Assembly (NCBI GenBank): GCA_905331295.1
Contig: CAJNYD010000549.1
Location: forward strand, 62,001-126,000
Origin: Rotaria socialis
Taxonomy: Eukaryota
Direction: 5' to 3'
DNA length: 64,000 bases
Of the stretch, positions 1 through 15,161 are shown piece after piece. The notes below the pieces were generated by a model, which was not told the DNA's origin, ran no database searches, and was given only the letters and a program-made list of their open reading frames with translations. Position numbers and translations under genes: made by a program. How positions within the stretch are numbered: position 1 is the stretch's first letter; each line of letters begins with the position of its first letter.

Positions 1-1774
1 CCCGAACCAGACAAAGAAATAATACACACGCCAACCATCATGAAAAATACTCGAGATGGTGCAAATACATCACCTATTGCAAGACGCTCATTTGAGATAA
101 CTCCATTTCATTTACATCAATCAGCTGCTAGGTATTTAAATTTATTATTAGTAGAATGAAGTTATTATTTTGTGTGGCGTGTATTGATTATAAACAAAGA
201 GTTCTAATTAGATATGCGCAAAATAATTTCAGACTCGATGGAGTAAAGAAATCGGTTGCACTTGCTAATATGTAGTTATAATCGATGCGGAAAAAGAACG
301 ACACAACAGGAGACTGGTCGCCAATTTAGATCTATTGATAGCGATAGTTTTTGTAGAAATATTGACAGAAAAGGGCAACTCAATCTTTTCTGATTAGAAC
401 TTAAGACGGTTGGACGCGCCCGAGATCATAACAAATGAGTGTAATTAAATATGCTAAGAATATTATATTACGAATTAAAACATAATTCAGAAAAACTAAC
501 CTAACCCCCAATTCACAGAATGATTATTGAAGAATTTTGAAGATGTCATACCGATAAAATAGGAATAGAGTTACTTTTGACATTCTTATGTAGAATTGTC
601 GTCGAACGAAAATTTAAGCTTTGCCTCTCGCACATATTCATAAGAGAGCATCTTGTTCTCGGAAAAATTATCATAGAAAAATCGCTGATTTTAGCTCTTC
701 TCGTTAACGAACGACGAAAGAAAAGCTAGCTACATCTCGAATATCTCTTCAACAAATATTTATAGGTCAAAATAACTTACGAACATATTTTCTTTTTCTA
801 TTCATTAGTTCACCAAAGCCAACAGCAAATGCAAAAGCTTATCGTAATAATATGCCTCTCTATGCAAGTCCAACTTCCAGCACAGGAACTCGAGTAGCAA
901 ATAGTTATATAACGTCCTATTGCTCCTCGTCGCCATCGGCACGCACGAATACATTTATGCGTAGACCAGATAGTGAGAATAATAAACATGATAGTTCAAC
1001 AACAATTTATTCAAGTTCACATCAATCAGATTCTTTATATAATGAACCAACAAAACGACATGCAGCTAAAATTGTAACAACATCATTTAATCATCGAATG
1101 AAAACAATGCATAGTCCATCGTACAATCGAAAGGCTACGCGAACATCATCGGTTCATCAAGACAATGATGGTCAAGTACCGCGTCAGATTTTATTACCTA
1201 TCGGTGGCGGTATTGTAGGAAAATTAGCTTCATCAGCGACGAATTTATCTTACCGTAATTGACTATATCTATTGAGAATTGTTTTCAGCTAAAACCAAAA
1301 CTTAATTTTATTCTAGATGACAGTTGCCTGCACCCTTCACCAAAACAGCGTCGTAATCCATCAGGAAGTGTCATTAATGATGAAATGGTAATTATTTTCT
1401 CATTTTATAACTATTTCTGCTGATTTTCCTTTGCTTCAATTTTATTTTTCTCGCTATACGTATATCATTTGGTGATATAGAATAATTAAATTTTCTTTTC
1501 TTTTAACCTTTTTATATAGACTGACCCCTATATTATTCGGGTTAGTATTAAAGAAAAACCATCATCTAATATATACTCATTACTATTGCACTTTATTAAA
1601 AAAAAACAAGGTCTAATTAGTGTGATACACTCTAACACTTGCATGCGATAAACTTTTTCTACTTCATTCACTATTCGTTTGAAATATCAACACAAACAAT
1701 TATTATTATTATTATTATTATTCTATTATTAATAGCTTTTCTTTTTCTATTTCTTTATTTAGACTCGACTTTGA
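1..1774 (+). CDS. 3' part of an uncharacterised Ser/Thr-rich spliced protein ending ...TDPYIIRTRL* (gene begins before the window)
   Basis: Exons <1-131, 809-1254, 1317-1387, 1520-1540 and 1763-1774 join in frame across canonical GT..AG introns and include ORF 852..1262. No recognisable domain. Confidence 0.6.
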
Positions 1775-2424
1775 TACAAACAGATTCGTACATAAACATT
1801 CCTTATAGCTAAGCCGCAAAAAAGAGTTTGATCGTATCGATCAACCTCTTTTCTTTTTTTTATTATATATTCTTTTTATTCTCATTGTATATATATATAT
1901 ATATATTCGTCAGTCATGTATTTCAAATTTATAAAAGCTCGTTTATTTCTGATTTTACTACCAATGAAAAAGATGATACTATTTCCTTTTCTTTTCATAC
2001 TCGCATGTTCTCATATATACATATATTTACCTCTAGCCCCGGTGTTCTTTTTTATTTGTATCTCAATCAGTAGGTTTTCTGCTTATGAGCGTTAAATAAA
2101 CTTAATGCACGCTATTCTTTATCTATACAAATGGTATTTTTTCGTTTATCACTGTCAATAAAAAAAAGTGTTTTCTTCCCTTGTGTTCTTTTTTGCTGTC
2201 TGTTATTGTATTTCATATTTGGGTATTACACTTCCATTCATACACATATACTATTTTAATGTAATGAATCTCTACGTTTCTTTTTTTTTTCTCATTTCTC
2301 CTACCTTTCAATAAATTTGACATAAATATGTTTTGTTCTTTGTTTTTTCAAAAGTAATATCGTAGAACGTTTTCAAATGGAACACTAATCCTTCGATTTT
2401 TTTTTCCATTGTTTAACTAACAAG

Positions 2425-2510
2425 TAGAGGCGTAAGCCGTCAGCTGAGAACTACGTTCACTCTAGCAAAAACACCGGCTGTCAGCCGTCGGCTGACGGCT
2501 TACACCTCTA
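2425..2510. mobile_element. 86-bp hAT-like MITE
   Basis: 20-bp TIRs TAGAGGCGTAAGCCGTCAGC / GCTGACGGCTTACACCTCTA (19/20 match), flanked by CTAACAAG / CTAACAAA (7/8 match, 8-bp TSD typical of hAT). Confidence 0.8.
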
Positions 2511-3840
2511 CTAACAAACAAGAAGTTGACATAGATATACATATAATTGTCGAAGGAATGGAATTATCTAATATTTTCCGATGACCGATGATACAAATTG
2601 AATTTTCCTTTGAAAACAAGGATATTCTGGTAGCATTTGTATGCAGATTAACGATACTATTCTGATAGAATTCTTTTATATTTGTACGTAAGTCCTATAG
2701 ACAAATACAAAGAATATTTAATAAGCTATGAATTGACGTACTAAAAGCGTATTAGTTAAAATGATTTTCCACCTGCTTTAATTCAATACGTTAGTCTGTA
2801 GTCGAATTTAGTATGTCTTACCAAAAGACTCAATATTCTTCATTAGTACTAGTAATAAAAGTTACTAAATTAGTGCTTTTAATGCGTTCTTTGTGCATTC
2901 TTAATACTCGTAACAAAAGAACGACTGGAAGAGTGATTTTCCGTTCTCTGCCCTTAATAATGTCGAGATGTTTTCCATGTTTTTTGTTGCAGTCTTAGAA
3001 CATTGTCGTGTCATCAAGATAACGTGAATAGCTAAATATGTTTTTGTTTGTATTAGGACAACGTCAAGCTTGAAAATTCTAGATAGTATGAGTCAATCCA
3101 TTCAAAAAAAAAAGAAAAATCGATATTCTGAGCATCCTTGTTAAACACATAATTTATATTAGACCAATAAGTATTTCGATGCAAAAATGAAAACATGCGT
3201 TTCCTTTCATTTCTTTATTTTACCGATTATAGTCATTATCATCTGTTAGCTATTAAATCTTATTCTGCTAATACTCACCTTAACCTTAGAGCAATCTAGA
3301 GTAACTTCTCGATTTCTGGTTTGTCATATTTATCGTATTTATTAATACAACACCAGTAAGCCAAGAAAAAGGCGGAGAAAAATCGGAAGAGGAGGAGGAG
3401 GAGAAAAGAACAATATATAGTATACATTCGTGTATGCTCATACGTTCATATTCGATTTGATTATTTATAGATTACATATAAGTATATATATATATATATA
3501 TATATACTGTGTTGACCAAGCAGCTCAGCATCTTTGCTTATTTTCAATTCAGCAGTGATTATAGAAACAGAAGAAGAAGAAGCAAAAAAGATTAGATAGA
3601 AAGAAAGAAAGAAAGAAAGGAAGAAAAGAAGAAGCGGGAAAAAAAACACAATCCTCCCATATTTCCGACAATGTTTTTTCCGCTTCGCCTAGAAGAGAGA
3701 AAAAAAAAGCCGATTAACACAATCATCTTCTCGTATGTCAAACGACTATGTTCTTCATTAGCACAAGAAACAAAAAGAAAAAATTGAAATATTTCAATTT
3801 CTAATTCTAGATCAATCATAGCTGTTTTTTCTTTTTTTAC

Positions 3841-6800
3841 ATGACGACCACTGAACAACGAACACCCGGTTTATTTCCTCATCAAAATGAACGAAAATCT
3901 CCTTCAACTGTATCATGTGTAGCAACAAATGTTGGCTCAATAACAGACTTTCTTTTTTCTTCAACACATTCCACAGTATCAACTTCTTCGAACATTCCTT
4001 CAATTGAAATTCAACAAGAACCATCTATTGAATGTCCATCATCATCATCTCCACCGAAAATTCTTATACATACAACAAGTGAACAATGCATTAATATGAA
4101 TCAAGAGCCACCAATGATTTCCAATCCAATATCAGTTAGTCATGCGTTTTTGTTTCTATTGAATTTTCTCATCGGACATTATTTCGAATTCAGGTATCAG
4201 AGAATGATAGTGAACCGTCGTCTGGAGGAAACAAAGAAAAACTTGGACATCGTCGTGTTGATGAAACAGGCACTGTTACTTATAAACGTGTGATGGTAGA
4301 CGATCTGATGAAATCATTACAAATCGGTCTTACATATGTTCTTGGTAAACATCATCAGCCGCAGCGTCAAGTCCTTTTACAAGATTTTCAGCAAATCGAA
4401 TATCAAGACTTTCCACCGTAATAGAACTGAGATTTTTTTCTCCTCTCCATTTATTAATCAATATGCACAATTAATCTCTAGGGACGGTTCGAAATCAACA
4501 CCCAAACATCCGTATGCGCAATTTCAGTTAAAAACCTATGCTCAAACAGCATTTCGATTTTTTCGTAATGCTTTCGGTGTTGACCCATCATCGTTTATGG
4601 TATGTTAAACTATGTGCAATGCCATAGAAGAAGAAAGAAAATACATCGACTATGCAAAGAAAAACCGGAAGAAAACTTATTTCCATTAAATATTGATAGC
4701 TAGCATGTTATGACGTCTGCGAGAGAAGAAGAAGAAGAAAAAGAAAGTACAGAATCTTTCGAAAATTAAAATCTAATTTTATGGGCCTAGTTCGACATCT
4801 GCACTAATGTTTGACGTGCGTGACGCGAAAAGAATTGGTGTCAAATTAAATTAAAAATTGTATGGAGATATCACGTATAATCTTGACCTTTTACATGAAA
4901 CAAAATACTAAGTAAACCTTGAATGTTGTTTTGATTAATGAAATTGAATTTTCTCTTTTGACTCAATGAAATCAGAAAATACCAGGCTTCACAAATTGAT
5001 ATTTAATTGAAATTTTCTCGTTTTATATGCTGTTGAATAGAATCCAGGCAAACATTATCATTTGACATATTGGTTCAAATAGAACACGATATAACATAAA
5101 TTAAAACGTGCGCCACTCGACTAGAATCATAGTTAATGTAATCAATATTATATGCTCAAATAGACAACATCCTGTAGATACGATTATCAAATAAAGAAAG
5201 AAAATAATTACCAATAGATTTGCGAAAGGAAAACTAATCTCATGAAATATTCGAATAGCATAGTATCTTAATATTATCTGTCTCTTCATGCAAGAAATAA
5301 GGCCTGGGAAACACGAGTCTGCTCTTATTAGCTTAACCTTATTTCCGTAGAATTCTTTTGTCTTCTCTATCTCATATCGAAGATTCGGCTTAAAGAAAGC
5401 TTTAATAGCTGACACGAATTAGTTAAATTCTTGTAAAATACAATCTCAACATGTTCGAGAAGACATTGAGATGATTAATTGAACTAGAATTAATCCTAAA
5501 ATTGTATTAGATAACATCCGGGGAACTTTTTCTATGACTATTACGCATGCAAATCTTCCAATGGAGTCTTCCATTTAGTTAAGTGCATCATTGCTCTAAG
5601 AGAATACGATGTCCTAATTTTTCCGAATATTGTAGTCGTCGCTATGTGCTAAAGATTTACACGAACTACCAAATCCAGGTGCAAGCGGTTCTATATTCTA
5701 CATCACAGCTGATGATACGTACATAATAAAAACTGTGTCGAAAAAAGAAGCACGATTTCTGCAAAGCCTTCTACCCGGATACTATATGAATTTAACACAA
5801 AATCCATTTACATTGTTACCAAAATTCTTTGGTCTATATTGTTATCAAAGTGCTAATAAAAATATACGATTTGTTATAATGAATAATCTGATACCATCCA
5901 ATGTGCAACTACATGAAAAATATGATTTAAAAGGATCGATTTATAAACGAAAAGCATCAGAAGAAGAACGTAAACGTGATTTACCAACATTGAAAGACAA
6001 CGATTTCAAGTCTCTTCATCCACATGGTTTAATTCTTGAACCATTTTTTTACGATCAACTAATGCAAACAATTGAAGATGATGTTCGAGTAATTATCAAT
6101 TTTACAATTACAAAATATAGTTCTAACAAAGGATCTGTTTTATTTTATGCATCTTAACACTGTAATATCTTTTCTTGTCACTAAAACGATGAGTGCAGAA
6201 AATATTACTGTCTAGGAACCGTTAGTTTCTATGATAGACAATAGATGTGAGCATCTAATTTCAGCCTAGATACTCCGTGATTCTCCAGCACATAACCATT
6301 CAATGAATAATTCATCATAGTCCTATATTCAGTTCTCGGCAGACTTTCTGTGAATACAAAATTAACTCTGATTTTCCTTTGCTTTTCAACCTTGTTCCCT
6401 AGAGAAACGAACTATTTCCAGTTATTCTATAGAGTCGAATTGATTTTGTTTTTCTTTCAGGTTCTTGGCAGTTTTGATATAATGGATTATTCTCTTCTGC
6501 TTGCTGCTCATAATATAACTGAAGAAATGAAACCAGCACAAAAATTAGCTCTGTTAACTCCATCGTTACTGTCAGCATCGAATACATCGAAGCCAGCATT
6601 AGACATGATCACCAATAACCCATTGAGTGTACATGAAGATGTACAAACAACAGCATCAACTGACTCTGGCATTGCTATGACAACCATAACTAAAATTCCA
6701 ACTTATATACAATATATACGTGTTATTGAATTTGTTCGTGCACAACAGGAACCTTCAATAAGAAGTTCATCTATTACAAATACAGAACATTCTCTATCTG

Positions 6801-8266
6801 ATAATCCTCATAATGATAATATTGATACGTCAAGTGTAAAAACAGTCACAGGAGATGCATCATCACAATCAAATAAAAATATTAGTCAAAAAAGTGATAC
6901 TCAATCAACTACTCGTGGAAACAGTAAAACACAAATAATTTATAATGAAAGATCATCATTATCATCATCATCGTTTCAAGTTGGCAACGCCTTAATCGGT
7001 GGCGATGTTTGGTACAACCGACAAAATCTTTCGCGTCTTGCAATGTATGTTTAATATTTGTTTGTCTTTCTATGCAATTTAAATAGGATTTTTCCTTTAA
7101 ATCAAGGGCGAGAGAATCGTATTCGCTAAAATTTATGCTTTTCTTAACAGCGTGAAAGATATAACGTACTACATTAGCTATGAGACTTGAATGATATTCT
7201 ATATTACTTTTGCCTTTGCTTGTTTTTATGAAAGACAAAATATTTATTTTCGTTTTAATATAATACAGGGCTGGAATACCAGCTATCAATCAAAATGGTG
7301 ATTTATTATTATTGTATGTTGGTATTATTGACATATTGCAAAATTATCGTCTTCGTAAAAAACTTGAACATGCTCTAAAATCTACACTAGTGACTCGAGT
7401 ATGTTGAATTCGTTTTTTTCTTTCTTATCGTCAAATGTCATCAATAACAATATGAATTATATAGGAAGAAATATCTGTTTGCAATCCAAGTCATTATGGT
7501 GATCGTTTCGTCAGATTTCTTTCACGAAAAGTATTTCGTAAAGGTATGTCAAGTTTAATATTTCATATCGGAAATTGAGCGAAACATCTTTGAAAATAGT
7601 ATTCTATATAAAACAACATATTTTACTAAATGCAATCGTACTCAATGAAGAGACTACTCCGACTTGATATCAAGAACATCTCAATCGTCAATGTTGATGA
7701 GCCCAGAATGTATCGATCAATGTCGGAAAGACCCTATATTTGAGTTCTTCTTTTTCCGACCTACGTTTACAGCCTCCTCTTCTTCTTGTTTCGAAATTAA
7801 TCAAAAGAAAACATATAAAATTGTTAGTCATGACGTGTCAAAATATTGAAAAAACAGTCACATTGAGTTTTAATTCTTTGTACATATTCACCATTACGGG
7901 AAAACATTTTTCGGATTAAACAAGGAGGCTAAATTTTCTCCATATTGTATGGTGAAAGTGTAACGAAATATTCAATCAATAAATATATGTATTGATTTAT
8001 TCTCTAGGAGGTCCAAATGGCAACACATTATTGTCGGACACACAGTCCAATACGGATCGAATTACTTTACACAGTAGTAGGTAAAAAATATCTATCATAC
8101 ACATATATATATTGCTGTTGTTTTTTTTATTGACATTTTCTTTAATCTCTTTTTTAGATTATTAAATGCTTCATCGTCATGTCGTTCTCAAACGAGTGAT
8201 GGTGATGATGATGATAATTCTTCAATAACAAATAATAACAATGTAGCACATAGTATAAAATCTTGA
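3841..8266 (+). CDS. PIP5K1: Phosphatidylinositol-4-phosphate 5-kinase type I
   Basis: About 10 exons (3841-4134, 4194-4417, ~4481-4599, ~5636-6088, 6461-7044, 7271-7398, ~7465-7543, ~8008-8080, ~8158-8266). Motifs [85 protein letters not shown]. Confidence 0.93.
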
Positions 8267-10782
8267 TCTTGAATTTTGTTCTCATTTTTTTTTTATAGCC
8301 GAATATTATTTATCCCTATTGTCTTTCTTTTTTCTATCTACGACTCAAGAGGATTTCGTCAATGTTGCTTTCAGCTTTATTTCTTTAGGATGTGTTTTTT
8401 CTGTTTCTTTTGTTTAACTTTCGAAAGAAATAAATAATGCATGCACTGTTTCTCTGGTGAAGTTTTTCATTTTTTTTGCGTAGTGTTATCTATTGATGAT
8501 ACAAAGGACTCTTTTTTCTTTTTTGTTGAACTCTTTTACTCTTTCTTTTGAATTGTTATGCACTATCATGTATATTTATATTACAACTAAACAAGATCAG
8601 AGTAAAATAAAATAAGAATAAAAAACCGCTTGTTGCGATCAATTAAAATCCGTTTTATTTTTTTCTATATCAAAGAAGTTTATAGGATGATTATGGCGCA
8701 TGATGGATCTTTTTTTTATCTGGATGTTTTTCCAGAATTGATTAGATTTGAGATATGAATCTAATTCTTCGCATTCTCTCAATAGATTGTAATCGAATGA
8801 AATTTCTTTTATCCGGTGACTAACTTCCTATAACAATTGTTTTATAAATTAATAATTGATCTCCTGTGGCAAGTATAATCTTCGATATAAATATATATGT
8901 TCTCTAAGTTTTCAATTATCTTTTGTAGATGTATTTAATGTACTCAATGCGATCAGTCATTCGTAGATAAATATTTGAATTTATTATATAGATATAGAAG
9001 CGATTCATCAAAGTAAGATAGACGTTCTTTTCTAAGAAAGCTATTTCGCGTTAAGAGCTCTATGTGTTATTTACGTCGTTGTTAACGAATTGTATGTCTT
9101 CAATACAATGTAAGAGAGGCAATACGTGCAGTATGACCTTTAAAGAAGTCAATGGTATGTCACATACTGTGTGTTAATGTATCAAAGATATTTTTATAAT
9201 CTCTTAGCATACGCTTTGGCACTGTATGATCAACATATACGTATATCTGCTATTTATAGAACAAACGTTATCGATATATGATATCTTTGAACTCCAACGA
9301 AAAATCATCGCTAGAAGTATCTCGTTTACAAAAGACATAGCGTCATCAGATTGTTTGCATTATCACTAACGATAATAAGGTTACTATAAATAAATAAAGA
9401 TGTGTTTCGAAAATAAAAAATATGATTCGCTGTCACACTTCTTTTGTTTCTTATTAATACTTTGTATGTGTCGAATATTTTGAGAAACACTTTATATGCG
9501 AAGGAAAATTTGATCTTTACTTTTGGTAGGTCTCTACTTGAATTTATAAAGCTTGATGCCAATTAATATCTTTATCGTACGGATCTAGGCCTCACTAATC
9601 CATTTTCAAGACAAGCATTGCTCCTAGATGTCTACAAAAACGAGACTAAAGGTCACTTCGACCAAATATTTTAATATACGATAGTCTTCTCGTCATAATG
9701 TTTTTCATGTTTGATTAATCTAACACATATTGTATATGGCTTCCTATCTCAGAAGACTATACTTCATAGAATTCAGATTTCCAGAAAGCATGACTTTTTC
9801 TGATTTTGAATATAACTGGCAACATGAAACTGTATATACGCTTCGACAATTATTCGAGAATAAAATAAATAGATCTTTTTTCATAGTCGCATTAATGAAA
9901 ATTTGCATAAAAAATATTTGTTTTTGAAAACCAATATTCGAGAAATAACTACTAATAAATTTATTCATAGGCATTATGAATTGTGTAAATAAACTGTGCA
10001 GAGAAATATATATTTGAGTTCTCTGCATAGATTTCAACATAAATATCTTAACCGTTCAATCATCATAAGCAGTAAAGAAATTTAGCATTTACTGATGAAG
10101 GAGATAAACTTTTAAATTTCGTAATTTAATACAAATTCTATTTTATAATAATAGGATCAATAAAACTTCTTAAAATATATGTACCTCCCTAGAAAAATGT
10201 GCTTCATTTGTAATGTCTATGCCTCTTTTCATTGGTTGTTTGGCATATGTATAATTGTAATAGTTGTTTGTGTCAAAAATTAGTCACTCAAATCTCAATC
10301 ATGCATGACAAGTCTATTATGCTTTCATGTCCGTCATATTAGTTACATCGAACAAGAATAAAAATACTGTTGACACAATTCGAGTGGTTTATTTCTAGAT
10401 AAATTTAACATATGGATAATCGGGATTTTTGGCGAAACCTCAATGCAGCAAAATTGGTAAGTATTTAGGGGGAAACTGAAGATTTTTTCGACCATTTTGT
10501 AAAACATGATATAAATATTGGCAACAAATTTTTTTTCTTTCTGAAACGAATCTAAAATAAGCGTCAAAATATATATTTTACAGTCACGGCTATTTCCTCC
10601 TCATAAATCTACCATTGATTAAAAGTCGAAAATTTTCATTGGAAATATTTCTCATCGGATTGAATCACATAAACTTTGCCCTCCCTAACAATCGACAACT
10701 ATCAAAAGTGTAATTGTTAACTTTACATACAGTTACTATTCTCACCCGAAATATATAGACACTCTATTAAAGCTAAAACTAA

Positions 10783-13710
10783 ATGGTATCGAAAGTCAGT
10801 AGGGTAAAGTTCATTTATTTCGTCTTCGCATGATATTATTTTTAAGTTAATCTTTCTCTCTAGCCTGAATTCAATCCCGCATTTATTTCATCGTCACCAT
10901 CATTATCAACATCTCGATATTCTTCTTTACTCGTTTGGTTGCTTAAAAAATTTCAGTCATTTTATCGCTATTTTTATGTACATTTGCATGATCTGATAGC
11001 ATCGTCTTTGTTTGGTTATTTAACATTAAATGAAAAATTATATGTTGCTATTCATCAAAATAATTTCAATAAAACTCGAGAATTATTATCTCGTGGCGCC
11101 TTACCAACCTTTTTACCGACTAACCATAAATCAATGCTTTCACATCTAACAAAATCGAATGCTGCGATCCCGACGTATCATATCGATACAAGTCTTGCTG
11201 CTTCTATAGCTGCGCATGACAGTATGTTATATATGGCCGTAGCGAATAATAATTTTAATCTAGTCAGAGAATTAATTGATTATCATGACTATGGACAAGA
11301 CGAACAACATACAGAAGTTGTTTCATTGTGTTTAGCAGTGAAACGTGACTATTTGAATATAGTTGGATATCTTATTGATCATGGTCATATTAATCCAAAT
11401 GATCGCGTGCAATCTAATTGCAAGCATTGTAAGACTTATTCAAATGATACTCAAAATTATCAGTTTCCTCTCTATCGTAATTAAACGATTATGTTTCTTA
11501 CGGTTTATAGAGAAATATTTTCTTTTATTTTAATAGATGCTTGCCGTGAAAATCGTTTAAAACTTGTAAAATATTTAATTGAATCAAAAAATTGTGACAC
11601 ATACCAATTGACGACAACCTATGAAACATGTTTACACGGAGCTATATTAGGTGCTACTGAAAATCGTTATGATGCATCCAGTAATCATGAACAACGTTAT
11701 CATATTGTTAAATATCTTTTAGCAATACGTGATTTTAATATTAATATCGGTATGATATCTTTTCTTATTTAACATTCATCGAGAAAAATCCATTAAGTTC
11801 ATAAAACGTTTTTTTCATATAGAACTGGATAAGCTCAGGTAAATATTCATACGTGATCAAAACGTATTATTTAAAACAAAGGCTTCCATCGGTATTTGCT
11901 GGTGAGCTTCGAGATTTGTACCGTGGTTGATTATCCATCTATGTGCCCCTATGAACATCTTCAATGCAGCTAGAAAATTCTTAATACAAAAAATTTCATT
12001 GCTTCATGTTTGTTCTACTCTGTTTTTGAAGGCAGTGAGCAATAAGATAAATGTTTAGTTGTTGCCCATCAAACGCTAACTGGCTTTTTCCCCCGTAGAT
12101 GAAATTTTATTTTCATCCATTCGATTTATAATTCTAACCTTAATTTTGATTAGGTCTCAATCCATTGTGTGTTAGTCTGGCTCATGATAATATCTATGAT
12201 TATGCTAGTTTGTTACTGCAACACAATTGTGATGTTAACCGGCTTGGCTGGAGTGTTCAGGAAACAACAAGAACAAATCCTGGACGTAATCATTATTCAC
12301 CAGATTCTCTTGATCATCCATTAAACATTTGTTTTGGCCATTTATGTGAAGGAAAGACGGCAAAACCGGCCGTTAATCTTTCATCTCAAAAACAATACGC
12401 AATAAAATTATTAAATAGAAATTCAAATCTATACGCAATGTATGATTATAGTTTAGCATATCCTTTTTTACGTGCTGTTAAAACCGGTGATGAAATACTT
12501 GTTAAAATAGTACTCGAAACAACGAGTTCTCAAATAAATTTGGATATTATTGAACCTCTCATTAGTGCTTGTGAAAGTTCCTATTATATGATTGTTAAAC
12601 TTCTTGTTGATTTCGGTTTTAATCCAAATACAGTAATGACTGAACGAACTAGTACCACATCGAATGATTGTAAGATATTGTTCAATCGTCTGAATGAAGT
12701 ATTCACTAGTGAGATTATTATTTTTTTCTTCTTCTAACATTTTAGTCGATATAATTTCAGCCGGTGCATCAAGTTTCTTACAAAATCTCAATCGTTATTG
12801 TACAATGTCGTTGCAATCATTAACAAGAACTCCGTATTCATTAGATACACAACAGAATGATCATTTACATTTATATATAGATTCTACACAAGCCAAAACA
12901 CCACTTTTAGCCTTATCAGTTTTGTCTCCATGGATATTTCATCCGGAGAAATATTACGCAACAATAAAAACAATAGAAAATCTTTTTTCTCTTACTTCAA
13001 TTGATTTTTCAATTCTTCCAAATCGACTTGCCTTCTATCATGCATTAGTAAAAGAACATTTGCCAATTGTTTATTTTTGTTTAGAAAATTTTTGTCCAGT
13101 AGTTCTTCTTCACAACACTATCAAATTTACATATATTGACACGAGAAATAATTTTTCTCTTACATTATTTGATATAATTTCTCTTTGTTGCCGTTTAACA
13201 TCAAACAATCGAACAAAACGTATTCTACTTGATGCATTTGCAAAAGGAATACTACGCATTGACACTCTTCACTATTCTCAACTGACGGCGACTATCATAA
13301 CCTATATACAATTATGGCTTCGCAATGATGATTTTATTTATGATCCGGTGTTACTTGAACATTTGACTTCATTACCCTATTTTGATGAGATAATACGTAC
13401 GGCCGATTCAAACTACTTAGAGGCATCATTTGGCATATATTATCAACGTATGATTGAGGGAAAATCAAGATCAGTGTATCAATTAAAGCATTTATGTCGT
13501 TTAAAAATTCGTCGTTGTGCTGAAATTTATTGTGAACGTAAACAAACAAATATGTTAAAAATACTGCCGCATTTGAGTTGCTTGCCAAAAACTTTGCACG
13601 GTTATTTATTTTACACAACAATGATATTTAAATTAAGTTCATTTAGAAATCAGTCATTAATCAATCATTTATTAAATAAAGAGCCATGGAGTCAAATACA
13701 GTGGATGTAA
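10783..13710 (+). CDS. Ankyrin repeat and SOCS box-containing protein (ASB-like)
   Basis: ORFs 10939, 11491, 12165 and 12694 are exons separated by GT-AG introns, with a short first exon at 10783-10803. Multiple ankyrin repeats (LYMAVANNNFNLVRELI, LCLAVKRDYLNIVGYLI, LISACESSYYMIVKLLVDFG) and a C-terminal SOCS box (LKHLCRLKIRR...LPKTLHGYL). Confidence 0.82.
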
Positions 13711-13870
13711 CGTTTTTTTCGACAGATCATGTAGAAAGAGTATATTTTGTTGTTAGTAATGTTTCTTTTTTTATCTCGCTCACTATTTATTCAGGAGATA
13801 TTGTTTTATACTCAAGTCTTTGTTATTAAATTTTTCTTCGCAATTTATAGATTAAAAAATAATATCTACC

Positions 13871-14948
13871 ATGGCTTCTATGTCACCATGTACGATTGAA
13901 CAGGATGTGCTTGATGCAATGAAAAAATTTCGCCGGTTATCGAACAAATCGACTATGGCAATATTATGTAAGCGAATTTTTCAAAAACAAAAATGTACTT
14001 GAAGAGATCGAAAAAAAAGACATATTTTCTACGTTTATAGTACGATGTGATATGAAAACAAATCAAGTTGTAATCGACAAAGAATTCAAGGTAAACACGA
14101 AAATTCAGCAACGTTTGATCAATAGAATTGAAATTCATCTGTTAAATTAATATTTGAATTTTTGTTTTAATTATTTCTCACGGGACATATAGAACTAGTA
14201 TAGGTATTTAAATAATTCACAATAGTTTACTAAAATATGATTTGTTCTAATCAGCAGTAAAAGAATTTACAATCTCTGCAAGGCCGATTTATAGAAAATG
14301 TTTTCACACAAAAATAAGTCTTCATAATTCTAAGCGATCGTCTGTTCCTACAGTAAAATGTCTATAACTAAACAAGCACAGACACTAACTTGATATTTTC
14401 AAGATATAACTTTGATCAGCGAAAACTTCGGTAGTGATCCTCAAGAAATTGAATTTTATTCCATCCAGTTCTAGTTAGCAGAACTGAGTAGTACGCCATC
14501 ATCCGTGTCATTTGAGGGTACTATGAAAATGAGCAAGTATCAATTTTGATCTTAGATAAAATAATTTTCTAATTGTTTATTATTCAAAAGATTATGTGCA
14601 TTGTATCTTTAAATTATAGGACCTGAGTGTTGAAGCATTAATTGACGAATTGCCAAGTCGTGAACCTCGTTTCATTTTGCATAGTCATGAATTAAAACAT
14701 GCCGATGGCCGAATTCAATATCCGCTCAATTTAATTTTATATATTCCTGATGGGTGTGGAACAAATAATCGTTTTACATATGCATCAACAGCAAATTCCG
14801 TTTCAGCTGCATCAGGCATCACTCGCGTATGTATTTTTTGTTTGGAAACAAACGATCCACAGTTGAATTTTTATTCATTTAGATAATCGAATTGCGTGAA
14901 GACATATCACCTGAATGGCTCAGTAAAGAATTACAGAAAACGTATTAA
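13871..14948 (+). CDS. GMF: Glia maturation factor (ADF-H family)
   Basis: Four exons giving MASMSPCTIEQDVLDAMKKFR...VVIDKEFK / DLSVEALIDELPSREPRFILHSHELKHADGRIQYPL...YAST / IIELREDISPEWLSKEL, which follows the GMF pattern LP.RQPRF..Y.H.DGR.SYPL. Confidence 0.88.
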
Positions 14949-15161
14949 TCAATGATTCAAATAGACAACTTAAATTTTTTTTGTTATTTCTTAAATTCAA
15001 CTGTTTTTCATATGTAATCAAAAGTCCAAGATTTGTAAATTACTTGTCAGTTGTTAAGTATTATCAGAAGAAAAAAGAGAAGTTAATGATTCCTCTGTGC
15101 TTTTTTTTCTTGTAATTGGCGTGTGACTTTATTTGTTCTGAAGAAAAAAAGAGAAATAAAA

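Noticed and set aside
1828..3858. Phe/Tyr/Ile-rich short ORFs here and throughout the intergenic DNA
   Set aside because: They arise from T-rich UTRs and (TA)n or (GAAA)n microsatellites, often with non-ATG starts, and show no domain signal.
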